Source of the DNA: Fibrobacteria bacterium
Lineage (GTDB): Bacteria; Fibrobacterota; Chitinivibrionia; Chitinivibrionales; FEN-1185
Assembly (NCBI GenBank): GCA_037447435.1
Contig: JBBIGR010000004.1
Coordinates: forward strand, 139,415 to 203,414
Reading direction: 5' to 3'
Length of the DNA stretch: 64,000 nt
In this document: piece by piece, positions 42,057 through 51,215 of the stretch
How the letters are laid out: each line of letters opens with the position of its first letter
Numbering within the stretch: position 1 is the first letter of the stretch
Notes under the pieces: model-generated
The model's database searches: none
Seen by the model: only the letters and a program-made list of their open reading frames with translations
What the model was told of the DNA's origin: nothing
Translations under genes and position numbers: made by a program

Positions 42057-43124
42057 TTACGTCTGTGCTTCGAACACAAAGGGGAAAACGACTTCGACCG
42101 GGCTTCCCCCGTCTACTGCAGGGAAAGTCCAACGTTTGACATATCGCACGAGGGTTTCATCAAATTCGGAATTTTTAGTTGTGGAACTGACTATGGCGAC
42201 ATTTGAAACGCTGCCATCGGGCATGATGGTGAATTTTATCTTGATTTGACCGGCAAGCGATGGATCGCGTTTAAGCCACGTTTCATAAACACGTTTCAGC
42301 CTATTGCTTTCAAGGTCAATGACCTTTTTAATTGAGGTTTGCGAACGTTCTTCGGCATTACTGGTATTGCCGGTCACTTCCGGAGCGGAAGAAGAAATTG
42401 CAACACCGCCGCCAGTAGTTATTTTTTGCGTTTTGGCTTTTCCGACACTTTCCTTTGCGATGTCGACACCCGATGTAACAGCCCCGCGCTTTGCCTTTAG
42501 GTCTGCGACATCAACATTCTTTGTTGCAAACGTGCCTTTGGAAACAGTGATATTTCCTAAATCGCCAACTCCCTCTCCTGCCGCACCGAGCAAATCGGAA
42601 ACAGGACTGTTTGATCCGCCTCCGCCTCCGCCGCCCGTGGAAGTTATTGCAGCAAAAATTCCAGCGGATTGAATGGCAGCCTTAACCTTTTCCCTGGCAA
42701 CCTGACGCTGCTCTTTCGTTGCTTCCTGGCGTTGTTGTCGCTGAACAAACGTTTCCTTTTCCCTATCGACCTTGACTTCCTCTTCCTTGGTTTCCGTTGC
42801 GGTTTCCTGTGTCTTTTGCGTTGCTTCGACCGCTTTTTCCTCTTTTTTAACTTCGGGAGGTTTTGGTTTTGGCTGATTCAACACGAGCTGTGCGTAGCGC
42901 TCCTGAATCTTGACGATTTCCTGCTCGCTTACCGTCGTATTGATCTTTCGTTGTGAGAGAATAGATACGGTGACAAATGCAAATAAAAGCAAAGAGCCGA
43001 AAATTATGGCAAAGCGCGGTTCGATGCGCGAAAGCAGGTTCCGCTTATATTCTTTTGGGAAATTCCCAAGCGGCCCTGCTTCTGCAGGATGATGCATGAA
43101 AAATATGCCCGATTGCGCAGCCAC
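42057..43124 (-). CDS. TonB-like energy transducer with an AgmX/PglI (GltG-like) C-terminal domain
   Basis: Single TM, Pro/Lys/Glu-rich linker, Gly-rich segment, C-terminal YETWLKRDPSLAGQIKIKFTI...WTFP...FPFVF. GTG start after SD aagga. Confidence 0.8.
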   Translation of the reverse strand: MAAQSGIFFMHHPAEAGPLGNFPKEYKRNLLSRIEPRFAIIFGSLLLFAFVTVSILSQRKINTTVSEQEIVKIQERYAQLVLNQPKPKPPEVKKEEKAVEATQKTQETATETKEEEVKVDREKETFVQRQQRQEATKEQRQVAREKVKAAIQSAGIFAAITSTGGGGGGGSNSPVSDLLGAAGEGVGDLGNITVSKGTFATKNVDVADLKAKRGAVTSGVDIAKESVGKAKTQKITTGGGVAISSSAPEVTGNTSNAEERSQTSIKKVIDLESNRLKRVYETWLKRDPSLAGQIKIKFTIMPDGSVSNVAIVSSTTKNSEFDETLVRYVKRWTFPAVDGGSPVEVVFPFVFEAQT

Positions 43125-43128
43125 GTAC

Positions 43129-43632
43129 TTATCCTTTTCTGTAAACAACAAGATTCATGGACGGATAACCGGCCTGGCCGCAGGTGTACATAATTCTCGT
43201 AAGAACATTGTACGGAATTGCGACATCTCCCTGTATGGATATCTTGCCTGAGAATTCGGTTTTGAACATTGCGGAAGATTTTTTCGCCTCGTCGGAGTAT
43301 TTTTTCAAAACTTCATAGAGAGGCTGTATCATGAAATCCTTTTGCGCCATGAGATCGGAATAGGCTTTGGCATCGATGACGATTTTATTTTCCACCATAA
43401 TGGTGGATTTTGAAACCATGACATTCAGGGCCTGACCGGCATTTTTTTCAATCGACGATGTCGGCAATAGTAAATTTGTCGCAGGAGTAACGAGCTGTCC
43501 CTGCGCAGAATAATTCTGCAAAAGGAATACCACCATGAGCGTAAACATATCGATCATGGACGTGATATTGAGCCTAACGGTGCCGTCACCGCGTTTACGT
43601 CTGCGTCGTCGTATTGATTGTCCTGCCGGCAT
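43129..43632 (-). CDS. ExbD/TolR family protein (AglS-like)
   Basis: Basic N-terminus, LNITSMIDMFTLMVVFLL with the conserved TM Asp, IQGDVAIPY, TCGQAGY. Confidence 0.88.
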   Translation of the reverse strand: MPAGQSIRRRRRKRGDGTVRLNITSMIDMFTLMVVFLLQNYSAQGQLVTPATNLLLPTSSIEKNAGQALNVMVSKSTIMVENKIVIDAKAYSDLMAQKDFMIQPLYEVLKKYSDEAKKSSAMFKTEFSGKISIQGDVAIPYNVLTRIMYTCGQAGYPSMNLVVYRKG

Positions 43633-44942
43633 TATTGTATTATCCCTCCGGCAATGGAAACATTAGGGAACATGGTCACGTTTCCGTCGGGTGTCCGGGT
43701 GCCGCGTGCGGCATCCATGACAGCCACCACCGTTTTATAGGCGATTTTATCTTCGGCAACGATTTTTATCGCATCGTTATCGGGAAACATTTTGCCCGGA
43801 TCGATTTTTTTTGTTTCATAAGCTCTGCCCAATTGAAACAGACTTGCGTCCTGCGGAATGGAAGGATAATACGCCCGCATGATATCGTTCAGCACTTTTT
43901 TCTTTACATCAGCAAGTTTGGCATTAAGCCCGACATAATCGTATTCACCGTTTATCAATGGAATATCCGGCTGTTTTTGAGCCATGGTTGCGCCTTGCGC
44001 TGCAGATTTGTCTTCCTGCTTGAAATAATGGAATAAAGTAAATCCTTTTTGCGTGATCACGACGCCCAATTCCAATTTCGTTTCCGAAGTTGCGCCGGCT
44101 CCGCCGCCACCGCCGCCGCCTTGCGTCGCTTCAGGCAATTTCAATTCTATTGCCCCCATCTTTACGAATTCGGATGAGGTGAGCAAAAACGGGATAAGCA
44201 TAACCATGAGGTTCAACATGGGCGTGACATCGGTGTCCGCCGCTTCTTCTTCATTGCCGCTTCTCCTCACCAGTGAGTTTAAAGCTTTGCTGGTGACCGT
44301 CGGTGGATTAAGATTGTTGAGAATCGCAATTGCATACCGGTCGATTTCGACCAGTGCAGTGTCGACACGCGAACGCAGGAACGAATACATCATGACACAA
44401 GGAATACTGATTGACAATCCAACAAGCGTCGAATTCATTGCAGCGGAAATTCCCGCAGCAAGCAAAGCCGATTTTTCTATTGCGGCAACACCGGGACGCC
44501 CAACCGCGGCAAACGACATTATCAAGCCGAAAACAGTACCGAGCAATCCCAGCAACGTCGAAACGTTTCCAAAAGCAACAAGCAAGCTAAGCCTTTTTTC
44601 CATCGAAGCGGCCATGTGTGTGGATTCTTCCCCCATTGCTCCGGCAATGAGATGCGGCTCTACTTGCGCTTTTCGTATCCCGGCTCCGAGTATGCGGGGA
44701 AGAGCCCTATGCCCGCCCGAGGCGCAGATTCGATATGCTTCGTCAAGGTTTTTATCATCGATGAGTTTTTTTATTTTTTCAAAAAATCCGACCGCATCAT
44801 AGTCGGTACGGCGGTTTATCGCAAGCCATCGCTCAACGGTAATCAAAATGGCTGCGATGCCGAGTGCGGAAAGCAGCCACATGAAGAAAAACGCTTCATG
44901 CGCAGGAAGAAAACATTTTAATAATTCGCCGAAAATGCCCAT
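43632..44942 (-). CDS. MotA/TolQ/ExbB - ExbD/TolR in-frame fusion protein
   Basis: ExbB part: ITVER, TLLGLLGTVFGL, GISAAMNSTLVGL. ExbD part: DVTPMLNLMVMLIPFLL, IELKLP, IAYKTVVAVMDAAR, FPNVS. No stop codon between the two. Confidence 0.85.
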   Translation of the reverse strand: MGIFGELLKCFLPAHEAFFFMWLLSALGIAAILITVERWLAINRRTDYDAVGFFEKIKKLIDDKNLDEAYRICASGGHRALPRILGAGIRKAQVEPHLIAGAMGEESTHMAASMEKRLSLLVAFGNVSTLLGLLGTVFGLIMSFAAVGRPGVAAIEKSALLAAGISAAMNSTLVGLSISIPCVMMYSFLRSRVDTALVEIDRYAIAILNNLNPPTVTSKALNSLVRRSGNEEEAADTDVTPMLNLMVMLIPFLLTSSEFVKMGAIELKLPEATQGGGGGGGAGATSETKLELGVVITQKGFTLFHYFKQEDKSAAQGATMAQKQPDIPLINGEYDYVGLNAKLADVKKKVLNDIMRAYYPSIPQDASLFQLGRAYETKKIDPGKMFPDNDAIKIVAEDKIAYKTVVAVMDAARGTRTPDGNVTMFPNVSIAGGIIQ

Positions 44943-45710
44943 TTAGATATTGATCTCTTTTATCAATTTATTGTCGGTAAAAATTTTAATGTTGTTGTGC
45001 GTTACGTGCAGACCAACGCCTTCCTTAAGCTGCGATGCGCTGATATGATATTTATGCGTTTTAAAAGATTTTTCAATAAGCGCATTGAGCACACGAACAG
45101 AATATTCGTCCAATTCATCGATTATTTTTTGGGTTTTGGCTTTTAAAAACGCATAAATCATGATGGAGGTAATGGCAACCGACAACCCGGTAAACGTCGA
45201 GTTCATGGCTGTCGCGATACCAGAGGCAAGAAGTTCGGACTTTTGTGCGGCATCGATACCCGGACGACCGACCGCGGCAAACGACATGATAAGACCGTAC
45301 ACGGTTCCTAAAAGTCCTAACAATGTTGCGACATTACCGATGACTGCCAGGTAACCCGTGCGTTTTTCGAGCAGCGGAATTACCTTTAGCATAGACTCGT
45401 CTATAGCATTGCGGATACGTTCGGCACCGGTATTAGCCTCTTCAAGACCGGCCTTTACTACGCCGGCCAATGCCATTCTTTTTCCATTATCGCAAAGCTT
45501 GAGAGCGGAGGGCACATCGTCTTTTTGCAGCATTCCGAGAATTTCACGGATAAATTGGTTCGAACGGAAGCCGGACTTGCTTGTCAAGAACACAAAACGT
45601 TCTATGATTATTGCCAAGGCAAATACGCCGGTAACTAAAATTGCCCACATGAAAAGAAATGCATCTGATTGAGGGCTGAAAGCGTGAAGAAGTTTGAGAA
45701 TAAACTCCAT
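44943..45710 (-). CDS. MotA/TolQ/ExbB proton channel protein (AglR-like)
   Basis: IIIER, NVATLLGLLGTVYGL, GIATAMNSTFTGL. Confidence 0.9.
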   Translation of the reverse strand: MEFILKLLHAFSPQSDAFLFMWAILVTGVFALAIIIERFVFLTSKSGFRSNQFIREILGMLQKDDVPSALKLCDNGKRMALAGVVKAGLEEANTGAERIRNAIDESMLKVIPLLEKRTGYLAVIGNVATLLGLLGTVYGLIMSFAAVGRPGIDAAQKSELLASGIATAMNSTFTGLSVAITSIMIYAFLKAKTQKIIDELDEYSVRVLNALIEKSFKTHKYHISASQLKEGVGLHVTHNNIKIFTDNKLIKEINI

Positions 45711-45832
45711 GAAGTTTCCTCCGTTTAAATAGCGTAGACGAAATTGTTGATCAGCACTAATTCTAATCTATAAATAAAATATAATATTATTCAATAAAGA
45801 AAACGATTTTATGAAAATACCTGAATTTTTTA

Positions 45833-47266
45833 TCAATTGTCTGTAGACCGATTTTTCTCATATCCGACGTTTATTCGGCCGATGAATTTGGCCAATTCGG
45901 TCGCATGCGTTCCGTCGTCATCAATTATCAGCGGAATCCTGTCGTTCGAAACGGGAAATATGCCGAATGCCGGATCGCAAAACAACGGTTTATTATTAAC
46001 ATACACGAGTACCCAGGCATGCCCGACAAATGATTTTTTCGGGGCGTAATATACCAAACCGAGAACCACTCTGGCAGGTATTTTCGCCGCGCGAAGCAGT
46101 GCGGCACATAAAACGCTGTGCTCTCCGCAATCGCCGAATCCGGCATGCAAGGTTTCTACTGCGCTTGAAAACGTGGCCGTATTTCTTTTTATCAAAGTCT
46201 TATAAACATAGGTATTGCAAGCCTCAATAATCGCTAACCGGTTAGTTGCCGCTGATTTGATTCTTTTTGACAATGAGAGTATCGATGGGTGGTTCGATTG
46301 CATGGTCGTCGTAGGAACGGTATAACGAAGCAACTCCGATTCCGTTTTTGCTATTTTATCATGAACGGTATCCAAGACTAACTTATTGACCAAATAGATA
46401 TCGCTGCGACGGGTGTAAAACGCCAGAACCGAGGAATCAAGCCTTTCACGCCCGGGCAATTCCACGAGGATTCGGTCATCGATTTCCGGACTCCGGGCAA
46501 CGGGAGCCGCAAGCAGCTCTGTAAAATCAATATCTTTTTTCGCTTCGCCGATGTTGGCTACGGGGTACGGTTTCCGTTTTTTCGCAATAAACAAGCCTTC
46601 TATTTCCTGTTCAACGGTATTGCCGTTTGAATCCAAAATCCATTTTTGCGACCGCGCCATTCGATCGTCGACCATTTCAAAAACAAACTGTTTGGAAACG
46701 GGGTCCATTGAAACCGCGGAATATCGCGTTGCAACCGGTTTTCCGGTAACCAGGTCAAAGGACGTATCCGAAAAAGACATACCCGTATGATAATTCCGCT
46801 GGGCAACGGCGGCATATATGCGATCCATTGCGTTGAGATTCTCATTGACAACAACATTCTTTTTTTCCGTCTTAACGCCGCCGATGTTGAGTTCAAGATC
46901 CCATTGCGTGGCCTTTTTTTGCAAAACCCATTCGTTTGCACCGCTTTGGCTTTTTATGACTGAGGAAGCCGATACAAGATTGCCGCCGGAATCGTATTGC
47001 CTTTTTTCCTCTAAATCAACCGACATCCCCTGTTGGTTTTGCGCAACGGCAAGATGAATCGTATTATTTATCGCCCGCAAAGAATCGACAACGGTTTGGG
47101 TATGGTATAACGTTCCGACGATGCGGTCCTGGTAAAAAACATCCAAGGTTTCCGCCTTTTGGTATTGCTTCCATTGTTGCAAACCGGAAAAAGAGGTGCT
47201 GGAGTTGCCTGAAGAAAAAAACACAAGCGCCAAAAGGCAAAAAAAGATCCGACGGAAAAAAAACAT
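45833..47266 (-). CDS. Exported transglutaminase-like (Cys-His-Asp) protein
   Basis: Signal peptide, GDCGEHS, IPARVVLG, GHAW, CDP. Confidence 0.82.
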   Translation of the reverse strand: MFFFRRIFFCLLALVFFSSGNSSTSFSGLQQWKQYQKAETLDVFYQDRIVGTLYHTQTVVDSLRAINNTIHLAVAQNQQGMSVDLEEKRQYDSGGNLVSASSVIKSQSGANEWVLQKKATQWDLELNIGGVKTEKKNVVVNENLNAMDRIYAAVAQRNYHTGMSFSDTSFDLVTGKPVATRYSAVSMDPVSKQFVFEMVDDRMARSQKWILDSNGNTVEQEIEGLFIAKKRKPYPVANIGEAKKDIDFTELLAAPVARSPEIDDRILVELPGRERLDSSVLAFYTRRSDIYLVNKLVLDTVHDKIAKTESELLRYTVPTTTMQSNHPSILSLSKRIKSAATNRLAIIEACNTYVYKTLIKRNTATFSSAVETLHAGFGDCGEHSVLCAALLRAAKIPARVVLGLVYYAPKKSFVGHAWVLVYVNNKPLFCDPAFGIFPVSNDRIPLIIDDDGTHATELAKFIGRINVGYEKNRSTDN

Positions 47267-47296
47267 GTTTCTACAATATCCTTACCCGGAACTACT

Positions 47297-48238
47297 CTAT
47301 TGAACGGGATCTTTTGCGACTTGCGTTTGGAAAGAATCGAAGCGTGTACCGGTAATTCGGTGAAACGCCGCTTCAAAATCCGCTGTTTTTGCAAATCCGA
47401 TTTGTTGCGACATCGATTCGGCTGTCGTCGTACCGTTCAATTCCAAAAGACGTTTTGCATTATTGATTCTAACATGCGATATAAACTCGGAAACCGAGAC
47501 GCCCAAATCTCTTTGGATAAGGGATTCGAGAAACGCTTCACCAGTCACGAGTTCTTTGCAGATCGTTTCGGTATCCAAGCCCGGATTTGCATAATTTTTT
47601 TCTATAAACCTGCAAGCCATCTGAACCTCCTTATCCATGACGGAAAGGCGGGTCGTGGTCAGAAATCTGCCTGTCCCCTTTTGTTTCTTTAGAAATATCA
47701 GCGCTAGGGCGATACATCCCAAAGAAAAAAGCGTACCGAGCATAAGCCACAATTTCCAACCCGATTTTTGGGAACGGTTTTTAGAAGCCGGCTTTTGAAA
47801 AGATTGATTTTGAATAACGATCGGCTTTGCAATGCTGTCGGGAGCTTTTATCTGTAACTTTGAGGTGTCTTTAGCTACGACGGTATGCACGGTTTCTGTT
47901 TGTGCGGGCGTATTTTTCACCATTGCATTTTGAGCGTTCGCCGCTGAAAGCGAATCATGATGGCGGACCGTGTCGCGGCTTGGAACCGTTGCCGTGTCGG
48001 GTGCCAAAGCGACCGTATCGACGACGGTATCCTTTTTTACGATGTTTGCAGACGGCTTGGGTTTTGGTTTTTGCTTGGACGCAACGTCATTTGAAACAGA
48101 AAAAACCGGTTTGGCATTTTTTTTTATTGGTTTCTTTACGACAGCCGTCGAAGACGTGGCGACCGTACTTGCCAAACAAACGACTACCAGACATATGCGA
48201 ATAACGGAGTAATTGTTCTTTTTTGTTTCAAACAGCAT
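47297..48238 (-). CDS. Membrane-anchored AraC-family regulator
   Basis: Signal or TM, low-complexity linker, second TM (LWLMLGTLFSLGCIALALIFL), AraC HTH (FIEKNYANP, RINNAKRLL, QQIGF, FHRITG). Confidence 0.75.
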   Translation of the reverse strand: MLFETKKNNYSVIRICLVVVCLASTVATSSTAVVKKPIKKNAKPVFSVSNDVASKQKPKPKPSANIVKKDTVVDTVALAPDTATVPSRDTVRHHDSLSAANAQNAMVKNTPAQTETVHTVVAKDTSKLQIKAPDSIAKPIVIQNQSFQKPASKNRSQKSGWKLWLMLGTLFSLGCIALALIFLKKQKGTGRFLTTTRLSVMDKEVQMACRFIEKNYANPGLDTETICKELVTGEAFLESLIQRDLGVSVSEFISHVRINNAKRLLELNGTTTAESMSQQIGFAKTADFEAAFHRITGTRFDSFQTQVAKDPVQ

Positions 48239-49523
48239 ACCGTTCCATTTGCTCTTTAAGCATTGCATGATAATTCGATTTTAGAGCGCCGATTTTCGCG
48301 TTCAACCGTTTACAAAAATGTCCGGCCTCGACATAGTCCCTCGATTTCATATTCTGCCACAATTCACGCAGGGTCCGGTCGTTCAGGATTTCACTGGTCG
48401 ACACTTCAAAATGCATCATTTGATTTTCCGAAATCCTTTTATAGGTATCCTGAATCATTTGAAGCAACTCGGCGTACAGATTCTGGTCGGACCGGTTTTG
48501 CAACGAGGTAACGCCGAGTGATAGTTGTTCAAGGAAAAACTTGCTGTTGAAAATATAATGTCTTTTATTTTTATACGCTTTGGGGTCATAAAAATATTCT
48601 CCAATCACCCTGCCTTTCGTGGTTTTAACCACCGATTTCGGAAACGGCGGCGGCAGAGCGGGAACTTGCTGCGACTCTTTATAAATTGTCAACAATTCAT
48701 CGTCCGGATGCCCCTCCGCGGCAAGGTCTTTGATCGAATCAAGCTGCAGTACCGAAGTTTTATCTTTCGTGATATCCGGTGCCATGGATTGAATCGAGGC
48801 ATTCATGCTGCTTTGCACGGAAGCGAAAATTTCCTCCTGTTTTATATCGCCTTTCGTATCGGCGTCGGTATCCTTTGAAGCGGTTTCGTCGTGCGCATGC
48901 TCGGGAACCGCAACAGCGTCCGTTTGAGCCTGAGAAGCAAGGCGTTCGGTAAATGCAGTCACCGGATTATCGCCTTCCTGTTGCGATAGTATTATTTCGA
49001 ATAAACCGTTTATGATTTCGTTTTCGTTGACCAAAAGCTCCTTCTTAAGTTGCGTATCTATCAATGTGAGCTCTTGTTCCTTTACTTTTAGTTTATCCAA
49101 TTTCACCGTAAGTTCGGAAAGCTCGGAACTGCAATCGCTTATTTCCTGTTTGACTGTTGCTATTTCAGAATCACGGGTCCGTTTTTCCTCTAAAAGAGTC
49201 CGGGAATCCCTGCTAATTTTTTTTATCAATTCTTCCTTGGTACGTACGACGTCCATTTTTTTCTGGTAATACTGAATGAGCATATCGAGCGTCGAAGCTT
49301 CGCTGTTGTTTTTCTGCATGGTCCGCTTTAGCGACCATAGATGTTCCAATGCCGCTTTAGCATTTTCGGTTTCGCCCCGCAGCAGCCGTTCGGCTATATC
49401 GTAGGTGTTTTCCGAGACTGTTGTTGCCCGGGCATCCAATAAAATGGAATAAAATTTGTTCGAATCCTTCGTACTTTTCGAAAGATTCATCGTGCTTTCC
49501 GATAATTCTTGAATGCGGTTCAT
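48228..49523 (-). CDS. Hypothetical coiled-coil protein
   Basis: 431-aa ORF with long heptad repeats, an acidic linker and a C-terminal globular domain. Its stop overlaps the AraC gene start. Confidence 0.7.
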   Translation of the reverse strand: MNRIQELSESTMNLSKSTKDSNKFYSILLDARATTVSENTYDIAERLLRGETENAKAALEHLWSLKRTMQKNNSEASTLDMLIQYYQKKMDVVRTKEELIKKISRDSRTLLEEKRTRDSEIATVKQEISDCSSELSELTVKLDKLKVKEQELTLIDTQLKKELLVNENEIINGLFEIILSQQEGDNPVTAFTERLASQAQTDAVAVPEHAHDETASKDTDADTKGDIKQEEIFASVQSSMNASIQSMAPDITKDKTSVLQLDSIKDLAAEGHPDDELLTIYKESQQVPALPPPFPKSVVKTTKGRVIGEYFYDPKAYKNKRHYIFNSKFFLEQLSLGVTSLQNRSDQNLYAELLQMIQDTYKRISENQMMHFEVSTSEILNDRTLRELWQNMKSRDYVEAGHFCKRLNAKIGALKSNYHAMLKEQMERYAV

Positions 49524-49752
49524 ACCATGTCCTTTCTCAAAGGGAAAGACGCAACCGTTTCCCTACTAAGTCATTATACCGTTAAATATAATGTGGGTCA
49601 ATATAAAATCTACGTAACACCATGGGATAATAATGGGTTATCTATACAATGCGTATGCCCGGCAATTTATCGCAATGGGCTGTATCGGCAAAGCGGGTAC
49701 ATCCGTGGAAAAGCGAAGCGGCAAAGGAGTGCGGCGATTTTTATTTGTGTTA

Positions 49753-51201
49753 TTATAAAGGTTCCATACGCAAAGACAAAAATAGTTCCTGCAATTTTGG
49801 ATCTCTTCCGATCCTTTCGGTGTCGGAGTATCCGGCATCCAACGCTTTTGCCAAAAACGTTCTTGCCGCATCGGTTGCGCCTTTTTCCAATTTTATTTTA
49901 GCAAGTAAGAACCAAGCCTGCGGGCAATCGTCATGGTCATTACAATAGCGTTGAATTGCGGTTTCGGCATCGTCGATATTATTTGTAAGGATCAGGCCTT
50001 CCCATCGGATGATGTCCATCGAAATACTTTCTTGCCGGCAACGCTTGGCAAAAGCAATCGCCTCGTCAATCTGTTTATTGTCATAGGAGTATTGGGCAAG
50101 ACAGGATAATACATGGTCCGAGACATCGGCACTTGAGCGCAGCCTTTTAAACAACGACTTGCCGATCGGCTTGAACCGGTGAATAAGCATTCGCTCCGCA
50201 TCGAGTTCATCGCCTTTCATGTCCAGCTTCTCAGCGCGGCCCAGTAAATCCAACGCTTCTTTCGTATGGTCCAACTCACGTAAAATCATGATCGATTCCG
50301 CAACTGCCGCCGACGAAAGTCGCGTCAACACCGCGCGTGTCGACTTACAATAACTTTCGATATCGCCTTTCAAAAGCGCCAGATGCCTAAGTCCCATCCA
50401 GCCCGGCATTTCCCTTGGCGACAGGGTGACCGCTTTGGTATACCATAGTTTTGCCTGATCATAATCTTTTTGTTTCGTGGCGACATTTCCCAAATTGACA
50501 TATAATCCGGCATCGGCCTTGGCAAGTTGTACCGCCTTTGAATAGCAATCGAGCGCATTGGTCAAATCATTGATATTTTCATACGCAACGCCGATGTTTT
50601 TGAGCGCCGAAGGAAATTCGCGCTGAAGCCGAATCGCGCGCTTATAGGCTTCTATGGCCTTTTCATTGTTTTGAGACTGCAAATACGAATTCCCCAAATT
50701 AAACCAGGCGTCGGAAAAATCGGGCTTAACGGTCGTCGCTTTTGCGAATAATGCCATTGCCTCCTCCGCTTGCCCTTCTTTGTCGTAACAATTTCCAAGG
50801 TTAAGCAAGGCGCCCGGATTGTCCGGTTCAAGCTCCAGCACCTTTTTAAAAGATTGAATAGCGGCGGCATTATTATTGGATGCAAGTTGTACGATACCCA
50901 AATTATTCCATCCCTCAATTCTTCCGGGAGAAAGAACCGTTAATTTTTTAAAAGTGCTTTGCGCTTCTTCAAGATCCTGTCGCTTAAAACTGGTATTTCC
51001 TAAAGCAAGCAATATGGAAAAATTATTGGGATTTCGCTTTGCCAGATCTCTATATACTTCTATTGCCTCATTAAACCAACCAAGGTCGGAATATTGCTGG
51101 GCGAGTTTCGTTCCCGCATCAAGATCCTGCGGGTTTTGCGCATAGGTACGGCGCAAATCGTCGAGTATTTCCTGAGGATCCTTATCTTCGTCTTGCGCCA
51201 T
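49753..51201 (-). CDS. Tetratricopeptide repeat protein
   Basis: Repeated W/A-x-N-L-G...A...Y/F-x-K-A motifs. Start at MAQDED. Confidence 0.88.
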   Translation of the reverse strand: MAQDEDKDPQEILDDLRRTYAQNPQDLDAGTKLAQQYSDLGWFNEAIEVYRDLAKRNPNNFSILLALGNTSFKRQDLEEAQSTFKKLTVLSPGRIEGWNNLGIVQLASNNNAAAIQSFKKVLELEPDNPGALLNLGNCYDKEGQAEEAMALFAKATTVKPDFSDAWFNLGNSYLQSQNNEKAIEAYKRAIRLQREFPSALKNIGVAYENINDLTNALDCYSKAVQLAKADAGLYVNLGNVATKQKDYDQAKLWYTKAVTLSPREMPGWMGLRHLALLKGDIESYCKSTRAVLTRLSSAAVAESIMILRELDHTKEALDLLGRAEKLDMKGDELDAERMLIHRFKPIGKSLFKRLRSSADVSDHVLSCLAQYSYDNKQIDEAIAFAKRCRQESISMDIIRWEGLILTNNIDDAETAIQRYCNDHDDCPQAWFLLAKIKLEKGATDAARTFLAKALDAGYSDTERIGRDPKLQELFLSLRMEPL

Positions 51202-51215
51202 GATACTCTGTATCC

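Noticed and set aside
44053..44802. 249-aa ORF with a poly-Pro run
   Set aside because: Antisense reading of the poly-Gly linker and body of the ExbB-ExbD fusion.
49524..49752. 230-bp intergenic gap with short ORFs, possible sRNA or riboswitch
   Set aside because: The ORFs overlap neighbouring genes and lack motifs. Only one short hairpin (agggaaa...tttccct) is visible, with no recognisable RNA family.
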